DNA from: Stegostoma tigrinum
Taxonomy: Eukaryota
Direction of reading: 5' to 3'
NCBI RefSeq assembly: GCF_030684315.1
Contig: NC_081368.1
Location: forward strand, 68,355,754-68,419,753
Length of the DNA: 64,000 nt
This document shows, piece after piece, positions 1 to 11,145 of this stretch. Numbering within the stretch: the stretch's first letter is position 1; every line of letters starts with the position of its first letter. The notes beneath the pieces were generated by a model. The model was not told the origin of the DNA and ran no database searches. It was given only the letters and a program-made list of their open reading frames with translations. Position numbers and translations under genes: made by a program.

Positions 1-1009
1 TTATGATTGGCTGTGTGACATGCAAATATTACCACATTTTCACACATTCAGTCTTCCATGTGTCATCAAGAAGCACAGGTGATATTATACAGTCAACCCA
101 TTGGCACAATAGTCCTGGTGAACAATCTGTTTTCAAAGGTAACGCAGTTTGGAGTAATAGTAAAATAGTGTTGTGACTCTAGGATAACCATGTGAAGTAG
201 CAGTGACTCTGTCAGGTAGCGTGCTTATGATAGAATTAGAATGCTCCCATTCCAAGATTGAATGACAATGGAAGGGAATATTCAGTCTACAAGTCTCTCC
301 AATGCTTCCTTGTTATCATTAGAAGAGGAAAAAGTGTGTGAAAATACATGGACCAAAACTTGAGTTTGTGGTCTCCATGGCAGAACTGGGTGAATCAAGT
401 TAATTATGTGTTTTCATATCCCTCCTTTCCATCTTCCAAAGCTGTCCTTAAACCCGCACCTAGTGCCAGGTTTTTGGAAAACCCCATATCCCGAAACACC
501 AAAAATGATCAAATGAGCATTCTTGTTGATGAGAGTACCATTTGTTGTGTGATAGCATAAAATCCATGAATAATTTCAAACACTCTGTCCTGTCTTCCTA
601 GTCTGTAATTAAACCAATGACAATCTGCTCATTGAATAGTGTAGAGTTGAGTGGACATACGTCATTAAAGCAGGATCTGAAAGAGGAACAATGAGTAAAC
701 CGGATTGATTTTTACTGTTCTCATCCTCTTCGTATCCTGCGTAACTGGAAACGTGATGATGATGGGAAGTCATTCTGCCCATAGGCAGAATCTTATAAGG
801 ATATGAGTGGATATGGGCTATGGCAAGTCGAGTGCAACATCACATGAGGAGTTAAGTGAGACCCGTTTCAATGTTGACAGAAACTGGCTTCATCTCTTAT
901 AACTCCGCCAGGTGGCGCGATGAGATTCCACTGGGCAGCAGAGAGTTGCCAACTAACAAGGATTGGAGCTGGGTAAATGCCTCATTAGTGTCTCAACTCG
1001 CCTCATTAA

Positions 1010-1975
1010 GTTTGGAGGCACTGGATACCAAAAAGGCGATGCGCCCTAACAACATTTGGGCAATAGTAATGGAGACCTGTGCTCCAGAACTTGCTGCTTC
1101 CCTAGTCAAGTTCATCCGGTACAGTTACCTAACAATCTGGAAAATTGTCCGGGTATGACCTGTACATAGAAAGCAGGAGAGATCCAACCCAGGTAATTAC
1201 CGCCCCATCAGTCCACTCTCAATCATCAGTAAAGTGATGGAAGGTGTCATCAACCGTGCTATCCAGCAACACCTGCACAGCAATAACCTCCTCAGTGATG
1301 CCCAGTTTGGGTTCCACCAGGGCCACTCAGCTCCTGACCTCATTGCAGCCTTGGTTCAAACACGGACAAAACAGCTAAATTCCAGAGGTGAGGTGAGAGT
1401 GACAGCCTTTGACATCAAGACCACATTCAATCAAGAATACTATCAAGGTTCCCGAGCAAAATGGAATTAATGGGTATCGGGGGCAAATTCTCCACGGGCT
1501 AAAATCATAACTGCATATACAAAAATGGCTGTGGTTATTAAGGGTATGTCATCTCAGCTCCAAGGCTTCTTTGCAGGAGTTCCTCAGGGTGGTGTCCTAG
1601 GCTCAACCACTTTCAGCTGCTTCACCAATGACCTTCCCTCATAAGGTCAGAAGTGGAAATGTTTGCTGACAATCGCAGAATGTTCAGTAAAATGTACAAC
1701 TCTTCAGATGCAGAAGGTAGCCCAAGTTCAAATGCAACAAGATCTGAAAAGTATCCAGGCTTGGGCTGACAAGTGGCAATTAGCATTCACACCATACAAA
1801 TGTCAAGTTATGACCATCTTCAATAAGAATCTATCTAAACATTTTGGCATTCAATGGTGTTGAATTCCCCTCTATCAAAATGCTGGGGTATCATTGACTA
1901 AAAACTCAACTAGGCTTGCCACATACTCACAGTGGCTACAAGATCAGGTCAGAGGGTAGGAATACTGTGGGGAGT
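1010..1975 (+). mobile_element. Degenerate non-LTR retrotransposon (CR1/L2-group, 'family B') RT fragment; its 3' tail resumes at 3820-3975
   Basis: Frame-broken RT motifs (NYRPIS, LLSDAQFGF, TAFDIK, GVPQG.VLG, FAD, QAWADKWQ); same family as 43870-47135 and 26305-27090. Confidence 0.85.
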
Positions 1976-1984
1976 TAGTTATAG

Positions 1985-3815
1985 TGAAAACAGTAAGAAA
2001 GATGAGGATGGGTCTGCATCAGAAAAGAGCAAGTTAATTAGAAAAGACAGGTAAGAGCAAATTAGTGAACAAAGTAACTCTGAAGCATTAAACTGCATTT
2101 ACTTCAATGCAAGAAGTCTTGCTGGTAAGGTGGATGAACTCAGAGCATATATCAGAACATGGGACTGGGACATTGTAACTGTTGCAGAAATTTGGCTGAG
2201 AGAAGGACAGGACTGACAGTTCAATGTTCTGAGTTTTAGAGGTTAAATTATGGATAGAAAGTGAGGCAAGATAGGAGGGGGAGTGGCATTTTTGATTAAG
2301 GGAAACATTACTACTGTAATTAGAAAAAGATTTCGGAGAGATCAGCTCGTGAAATTATATGGGTTGAAATTAGAAATAAGAAAGGGATGTTCACCTTAAT
2401 GAGATTGTACTGTAGGGAAGTTGAGAAGCAAATATGCAGAGACAGTTCAGATATATGTAAGAATAATAAGGTTGGAATAGTAAGGGATTTTAATTTTCCA
2501 AACATTAACTGGGACTGCAGTCCCATTAAAGATTTGGATCACATTAAACGTGTTCAAGAACACTTTCTTTACCAAAATGTAAATGTGCCTACTAGAGAAG
2601 GAGTAAAACATGATCTTCTCTTGGGAAATAAGGCAGGGCAAGTGACTGAAGTGTCAGTAGGGAAACACTTTGGGTCTAGAGATCATAACACTATTAGTTT
2701 TAAAATAGTTATGGAAAAGGATAAGTCTTCCATAAATTTAAGTTTCTTAACTTGAGTAAAGCAAATTTTAAGGATATGAAACGGAAACTTTCAAACATTG
2801 ATTGCAGTAGACAGTTAATAGGTAAAAGGACGACTGACAAGTGGGAAGCCTTCAAAAGAATGATAATGAGAGTTCAGAGGCATTGTGTTCCTTTTAGAGT
2901 GAAAGTAAGGCTGATAAAATTAGGGAACAATGCATGATAAAGATACAGAGATTCTAGTCAAGAATAAAAAAGACAGAATAATGTAATAGATGGAGGCAAC
3001 TGGGATCAATTGCATCTCTTGAAGTGCATAGAGAGTAGAGGCATTCTAAGAAGGGAACCAGGAAGAAAAAGCGGAATGAGATAGTCTTGACAGATGAGGC
3101 TAAGGATAAGCCAAAACATTTCTACAAATACATTAAGAGCAAGATACCAACGAGAAAGAGAGAAAAGGATCCCTTAAAGATCAACAAGGTCACCTATCTG
3201 TTGAACTTCAGCACATGGGAGGGATATTAAATGAATATTTTGCATCAGTTTTCATTGTTGAGAAAGAAATGGAAGCTGAAGTACTCAGGACAATAAACAT
3301 TGCCATTTTGAAAACAGTTCACATTACAGAAGAGGAAGTGCTGGAGATCTTGGAAACAAAAAGGCAGATAAATCTCCAAGACCTGATGAAACATATCTCA
3401 GGATATTGTGGGCAGTTAGGGATGAATTTTTTGGAGCAGAAATATCTGCATCATCTATAAATATGGGTAATGTATCAGAGGACTGGAGCATGGCTAATGT
3501 TGTACCATTGTTTAAGAAAAGCAGTGAGGACAATCCTAGAAACTATAGACCTGTGAATCTAATATTGGTGGTGGCTAAGTTTTTGGAGGTGATTCTGAAA
3601 GATAGGATTTGCATGCATTTAGGGAGGCTAGGATAAAATCATGTCTCACAATTTTTTTCATTGAGGTTTATTGAGTTTTTATTTATTGAAGTAACCAAAA
3701 AGATAGAGGGCAGAGTGGTTGGCGTTATTTACTTGGACCTTAGGGAAGCTTTTGACAAGGCTCTGCATGGTAGATTAAATGGTAAAGTTAGATCACATGG
3801 GATTCAGGGAGAGCT
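1985..3815 (+). mobile_element. Degenerate CR1 LINE ORF2 (endonuclease to start of RT), nested in the family B LINE
   Basis: CIYFNARSL..KVDELRA, DFNFPNINWD, PTREG..DLLLGN, DW..ANVVPLFKK, NYRPV, YLD..AFDK; many frameshifts. Confidence 0.88.
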
Positions 3816-4507
3816 TCCTGGAATTCTGTCCCTATTGGCATTGTGGAACAATCTGCAGCACATAGACTCCAGTGGTTCAAGAAGGCAGCTGACCATCATC
3901 TTCTCAAGGGCAACTAGGGGCAGGCAATAAACGCTGGCCCAATCAGTAACACCTAATCCCACGAATGAATAAAGAAGAAATTGGCTTTCTATTTTACCAA
4001 ATATACCAAACAATATTTAATTTGCAAAAACGTGACTTGAAAATCAGAGCACATACCCGGTGAATGCAGCTCACCATTGGCCGCAGCCAGCTTCAATGTT
4101 CTTCAGCACCTAACACCACCTCAGAGCATGAAATACGTGCGCTTCTCATCTATAGTCATTGGCATCCAGCAAATGCCAACCCCTAATGCGCATCACCGAT
4201 CCACTAGCATCAAAAGGCTGCAGCAAGGATACTTTGAGCAAATGGATAGGAACACAGCTCACGAATTAGACCACCATCTCTGGGCAATATATTTACTGTC
4301 TTAGCACTTGTTATCATAGCATCAGCCTACATGCGCTCATCACCTTGCCAGACCTCGAATTTATTAATACTGCTGTCATGACATGCTTTTTTTTCATGAG
4401 ATGCACAACCAAACAGGCCAACACCTACAGCACATGCTATTTTCCTGCATGATAAAATTGTACTCAACCATATAGCCAGATTGGAAACTGGGCAGGGACT
4501 CATTACT

Positions 4508-4633
4508 GATAATGGGAACTGCAGATGCTAGAGAATCCAAGATAACAAAGTGTGGAGCTGGATGAACACAGCAGGCCAGACAGCATCTCAGAAGCACAAA
4601 AGCTGATGTTTCGGGCCTAGACCCTTCATCAGA
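4508..4633 (-). mobile_element. Solo Penelope-like terminal repeat (PLE family 1) with hammerhead-like core
   Basis: Nearly identical to the 12553-12680 unit; minus strand reads CTGATGA AGGGTCTAGGCCC GAAACATC. Confidence 0.8.
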
Positions 4634-6039
4634 TGGCCAGCCCCAACTGAAGAATGACCAGATGCCTGGCCGGTCTCTTCAAGTTCCTCATTGTTTGCAC
4701 TGGATTGGAAGAACTGACCATGGCCCTTTACTCGGGCTGTAGTGAGACAGAGTCCCTACCCTGACCCTGCTAAAGCCTCTGAAATGCTAGTGGACAATGA
4801 ACTTGACTGACTATGCCCTGACCGATGGCAGTCCGCTTCTTGATTGTTTTCCATTGGCTTTGAGACTTAACTTTTGGGTTGAAGCATGTGCAGTCCATTA
4901 GCCATGTAAACTATCAATTTGTCTTCTATGTGTGAGATTGACAATCTGCCAGACTTTGTGTCTGTGCTAAACACTAAGGCCAGACAAAAATACCGTCAGC
5001 CCTTAGAGTGCCGCTGAAGATATGGCAAGGCATGGATGCTGTGAGCATTCAAGTAGGCAAAAGGTGAGTGAGTGCAAAGAGGGTGAGTCAGGAGCCTGGA
5101 GTTAAAGCCTGATCTACTTCATGAACTAGGTGCAGAAATGTCTTAAAGCAGCACTGCAGTAAGAGCTGCCAGGGCTACAAACTGCAGTATTGGACTGCAG
5201 ACGGAAGTGCAAGTGAAGTGTCCTAATAATGCATTGATGCTGATGGGTGTCCGAAGCTAATATCCTTGAACATGGACTGTGTGCAGTTGCTGTCCATGGT
5301 GCATACTCTGAGATGTTAGTGCTGGCATCCAAGGTGGAGTTCTGGAGTAATGAGCAGCAAACTCGAATTGCCAGGAGCCTGCTCTCAATTTCATGTTAGA
5401 AATTCTGGGGTCTAGTACAAATTCGAAATGAGATGGAGTGGGTCACTCCATTTGAATGTAGTGAGATTAAGTAATACTGAGCTGGTGATGAATGTTAATC
5501 CATCCACAAATATCTCAAGCCAAGGAGTAGTGATAATCTTGTTTCAATGTTTAGCATTTGTTTGGAAAACAGAACTTTTCAGTCTCAACATTGAGAAAGT
5601 CACAAAAGCCCATTCACGAAGACAGGAGGTCAGGAAGAATAAATCACCGATCATCCTTTTTCACTGTTTCATAGCAAACAAAATGAAGTTTGGGAAAGGA
5701 AAAGGTGAAATATTCTGCATGAGCATTAATTTAAAAAAAGTTTATTCTAAAAATCTGTGTGATATTATAAAAATCATGCTGGAAGAATTCCACCAACATT
5801 AAAATTAGTTTTTCAGGGCCAAGGTCGTTATTCATGAGAAACTATGAACTTAATACGCTGTTGCAAATACAGTTACAAGGCATAACTTTTGCAACTATTT
5901 TAATGATGAGGTAAATAGTGTTGATATGGAAGTTTGCATCTATTCATATGGAGCCTTCAATGAAGTACACATTGAAAGAACAGGAATAATTGACAGCAAC
6001 CTCTGGGCTTCAGTGTTTAAATATACAAATTTAAAACCC

Positions 6040-6045
6040 TTTATT
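6040..6045 (-). promoter_or_regulatory. Candidate polyadenylation signal AATAAA for the SLC6 gene (alternative at 5741-5746)
   Basis: TTTATT on the + strand about 600 nt past the stop codon; motif only. Confidence 0.3.
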
Positions 6046-6646
6046 TAGAAGAAAGGTGGACAAATAAATTAGGTGCATGTACAGGAGTCAAAACCTTACC
6101 ACTTCAAGTGATCAACTGCAAAACTACAGAGGGAAATTAACAATCAACAAGCAAAAGAGTTGTTGGTATTACTTGTAAAAGTATCCCTGAATGGCTTGCA
6201 GTATTCTTGTAGAAAATCGTTTAGTCCCTGGAAAGAAACCAGGTAAAACAATGACAGAATTCAACTTGTGCCCCAAAACAAGCACAAATCTGATGGAACT
6301 GCCACACTATGGTCAGATGCCCTGAGCCGTTTTGGCATTTGGTCTTCCCCTGAAGAGTTGTAATGAACCACGGGTACAATATGGGCCCCCATGCTGCACT
6401 GCACAAGTTGAGAGGAGCCAAGGTAATCAGCTGGCACTACTAGGATAGGAGATGAAATCAGTTACATGGAATAGGGAGAACACTTCTGACTCTTCCAGTC
6501 CTAGATAATCCTGTCCTTTACAAAAGAAAATTCCAGACCCTTTCCTAAAATTTCCATCGAGGATCTGTAGTTAGGCCACTAGCTGCCAAGGAAAGCAATG
6601 TGCCCATTTATACTTGAAAATTTCCTTCCCTATCCCTAAAACCTTC

Positions 6647-6796
6647 TTATTTCTCTTTGTTCCCGAAAGAAATAAATGAAGTCTTGGATTTGTGGAATCT
6701 CTCTATAGGCTGCTGTTGTCTTCTGTATTGCTCCCCTCGGTGTTGTTCCAAGAATGGACCCCAGTCAGGAGCTGGTCTGAAAACTGCAATGGCTTT
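6647..6796 (-). CDS. SLC6A14-like: SLC6A14-like terminal coding exon 14, 150 nt including TAA
   Basis: tttccacag|AAA; [49 protein letters not shown]; contains the typical RP..WGP.LEQHRGE.Y motif. Confidence 0.93.
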   Translation of the reverse strand, partial: KAIAVFRPAPDWGPFLEQHRGEQYRRQQQPIERFHKSKTSFISFGNKEK

Positions 6797-9700
6797 CTGT
6801 GGAAACAAGATTGAAATTATTAACATTTTTTTTGCAGCGTGTCAATCACATGAATGCATTGTAGTACTATTCACTTGCTGTTCTGTTACTATGACCCAAC
6901 CCATTCACACTGTATTCAAATCAGTGTGAAGCTGGATGAACACAGCAGGCCAAGCAACATCTCAGGAGCACAAAAGCTGACGTTTCGGGCCTAGACCCTT
7001 CATCACATCTGATGAAGGGTCTAGGCCCGAAACATCAGCTTTTGTGCTCCTGAGATGCTGCTTGGCCTGCTGTGTTCATCCAGCCTCACACTTTGTCACA
7101 CTGTATTCAAATTACTGCTTCTTATTTTTCCCGAAAAGCAATAACAGCTTTCATCAAATCACATGCAGTGTTTCTTTTTCCCACAAAGTTATATCCTTCC
7201 TAATCCCAACATAACAGCATGCTAACCCACTTAACATTGCACTTGCATGCACGTGCAGAGAGGCAAAAATAGAACTGTATAAAAAATGTGTTAGGCCAAA
7301 GTTAGAGTGTTATGTACAATTCCAGAAGTAGGATGCAATCAAGAACAGTGAATTTTATATATGAAAAGAGACTGGATGAGCTAAGGATGTTTCCTTTGGA
7401 TAGAAGAAGCCAATCGAGCATTTAACTGATTTACATAAAATGAATTGAGGCGTGGATAATATCCACTTCCCTTCATAAAGGTGCCAATAACCAGAAGACA
7501 AAGTAATTGGAAGGATTTGAGAAGAATTGAGGAACAAATTTCTTCACATAATCTGTGGTGGAATTTTGTTTTGAGCTGCCTGGAAAGGGCACGAAAGACA
7601 GAAATGCCCTTTGCAGTTAACAAAAGGGTAATGTAATTTCCAAGGCTATGGACAAAATGCCGAGACATGGGGTTGCATTGAGGGGTCAAAATGGATAAAA
7701 TGGGGTAACTATGCTTCCATTCTACTTTATCCAACACCCCATCATCTCCGAGCCAACACTGTAGTATCAATCTCCATCTTAAAAATGCATTAATTTCTTT
7801 CATCTCAAAACAGCTAGCTTTCTTCCAAACATTGAAGCATTCCATTACAATATGCAAAGCAGCATCCTACTGCAACTCAGCAACATATCAACTTGCTCCA
7901 GCTCCACAACACAGCATCCTGCTCCAGCTCCACAATGCAGTGACCTGCTGCAACTTAGCATCAATCTGCTCCAGCTCAGCAATGTAGCGCCCTACTGCCA
8001 CTCAGCAACCCAGCACCCTGCTCTCGCTCCACAATGCATCAACCTGCTCCAGCTCAGCAATGCATCAACCTTCTCTGGTTCATCTATATAACAAGCTGCT
8101 GTAGTTCAGTAATGCAGAATCCTGTTCCATCTTTGACATGTAGCCACCATCTCCAATACAGCAATGGAGCTTCCTTCTCCAGCACCAAGCTGCAGTTTCT
8201 CTATTCATCCCAACATTACGTCAGCTTTCCGCTCTTAAATGTGCAACAACTGCCTCCATGCCAGCACAGTAACATCATTCTCTATCCAAATGCAGTTTTA
8301 TCTTTTTCCATCCTGACTCTGGAGCACGCCTGCTGAGTTCAACAGCAGTCCATTCCAGTACTATAGCTCCTTCCTGCTGTGATACTGGTGCAAGTTTATC
8401 AGAAAATGGACTGGAACACCTTATTCCTACAGTGTGTATCCTGATCCCAACTGAAATAAGTCCTTCTTCATTCATCTGCTAGGATAGCCGCATCCACCTT
8501 CATATTTTGTTATGGTGAAGGCACCATTTAAATGCAACTTGTCATTGTAACAGCTTGCAGCATGATCATGTGATTCAGTTGTATTTTTCTCATATTTCTT
8601 AACTTATCCTTGAATTTTCATCATCTATATCATAATTGTTTTGGCATGTTTTTATATACTAGTTCCAATCATTAAAAACTGTACTACAACTAATCAAAAA
8701 GAAAGCAAGCCAATCACTAAGCTTCATCTCTAGTCATACAGAATTGAAACATGAATGACTAAACAGTCCTTAACGTTCAGTACACAGTTCAGGCCAACTT
8801 AATATAAAAGGACATAGAGAGGGTGTAGAGAAGATTTACAAGGATGATACCAGAATTTAGGAGTATACACATCAAGAAAGAATTGACAGGCAGGGTTCCT
8901 TATCCCTTGCTGAAAGAATGGAGAAATGTTGGCCACGGGCCACTCGCACATGAAGCTAGTATCTATAAACTGAATTTACCAGAGCCCTAGCTGCTGGTTT
9001 GAGCCAGTTTGTGCTTGTTCACCTCTGAGGATGACATTTGGGGAAATCACTATTTGGTGGAAGGGTAATGAGGTAATCCTAAAGGTGTCCTTGGAGTGGG
9101 CCTATAGTGGAAAGACACCAGCTTGTTCGATGTGCCATGAACAAACAGGAACAAGACAGCACAGTTTGGGGATAAGGAAAAGATAAAAATAGAGGAACAC
9201 AGCAGGCCAGGCAGCATCAGAGAAGCAGGAAAGTTGACGAGTCAGGTCTGAAGAAGGGTCCCGATCCTAAATGTCAACTTTCCTGCTCCTCTGATGTTAC
9301 CTGGCCTGTTGTGTTCCTCCAGCTCCATACTGCATTGTCTCTGACTCCAGCATCGGCAGTTCTTGTTACCTCCAAGATAAAGATGAAGGATTTTTGTGTG
9401 CCATCAGCGAAAACACTCGGCAGCAATCTTCGCAAAATCATGGGCCCCATGTGGAGAGGACTCCACGACCTGGGAGAAAACACTTGGCCAACATGATCTT
9501 CTATTCTTGGGTATTAGCCTTTAAATTTTTTGACTGTTCCAGGTACGACATTGAAAAACAATGGACGTGCACTTGTATTTTAGCCTTTTATGAATTGCAT
9601 GGCTACTGTTGATCTTTCCTTGACCAAATGGCATGAACTGTATGTCTGTTTTAACTAAACTAATAAAGTTAGTGATTATTTGAAACAGATTAGAATCTTT

Positions 9701-11104
9701 TCCTCTTTGTGCCAAGCCAATGACTGTTGTCAAGGAAGGTAGCCGGGCAACAGCGGTAACCTGAGAGATCTTTACAACAGTGAAAGGTTTGGATAGAGTG
9801 GATACAGAGCAATTGTGAACAGCAGAACCAGATTCCACCATGACCAGACAGTCACCAAGAATGTAATCAGGGATTCATCAGAATTGTCTTCGCCCAGAGA
9901 GTGATGAGAATGTGAAAATCTATACCATACAGAATGAATAATGAAGTGAACTATGCAGCTGCATTTAAGGGAGAGCTAGTCAACATGTAAAGGAACAGAA
10001 TATAGATAGCTACAAAGTCAGATTTATATAAAATGGGATGAAGCTCGAGGAGAGCGTAAAAAAAGGACTAATTACAACAAATGACCTGCTTCTGCTCTGT
10101 ATAACCTTCATAATCCCAACACACCAGCATCCCAGAACACCAATTGTCCCCATCTCTAAAAAGTAACATCTTTCCCCTTCCCCACATTGATCAAATTCCG
10201 AACAACTGACCATCATGCAACAGCCAGCACTATTGTGATGCTCTCGATTTAAAGACTCCAGCATCCATTTTTATCTAAACACTGCAGCATCCCCTTCCTT
10301 CCAACAGAGTTGTGCAATTCCTTGCCATAATGGCTCATCAATGTGTTATACTATCAAATATTGCATCCTTCACTTTGTAACTTCTTTCTTTCATGAGATA
10401 TGGGTGTTACTAGTAAGGCCAGCATTTGTTCCCCACCCCTCAACACTCCTTGAACTGAGTTGCTTGCAAGACTATTTCAGAGGGCAGTTAAAGTGAGATG
10501 TCGAGTCACATGTCAGTCAGACTAGGTAAGGCTAACAGACTGCCTTCTTTAAAGGACATATGGGTTTTTACAACTATCATTTCACAGTGATGTGTGCAGC
10601 ACAGTGGCTCAGTGACAGCACCAGGGAACTGGATTCAATTCCACCTTCAGTGTAAGTTTGCATATTCTCCCCTGTCTTTGTGGGTTTCCTTCCATAGTCC
10701 AAACATGTGCAGATCGGTGGATTGGCTATGTCAAATTGCCTATCATATGCAGGGATGTGCAGGCTAGACACTATGACAACGGTTGGATGGATACTGTGTA
10801 ACAATCATCAAACAAGGATGTTTCCTCCCAGTGGGGGATCACTTCAGTGGTCAAGGTCACTCGACCTCAGACCTTTGGGTAAGTGTTCTCCAAGGTAGCC
10901 TTCGGGATACACAACAACGCAGCGTCACCGAGCAGAGGCTGATAGCCAAGTTCGGTACCAATGAGGATGGCCTCAACTGGGATCTTGGATTCACATCGCA
11001 CTACAGGTGACCCCACCACACTATAAACTCTCTCACACACACATATACACACACTCTCTCATACAAACACACTTGCATAGACCCTCTCAGTCTTGTGCTC
11101 TTTC

Positions 11105-11145
<41 letters not shown>

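Noticed and set aside
6221-6421. Minus-strand ORF containing WGP as a possible SLC6 last exon
   Set aside because: The true terminal exon is 6647-6796; this ORF lies in the presumed 3' UTR and has no further similarity.
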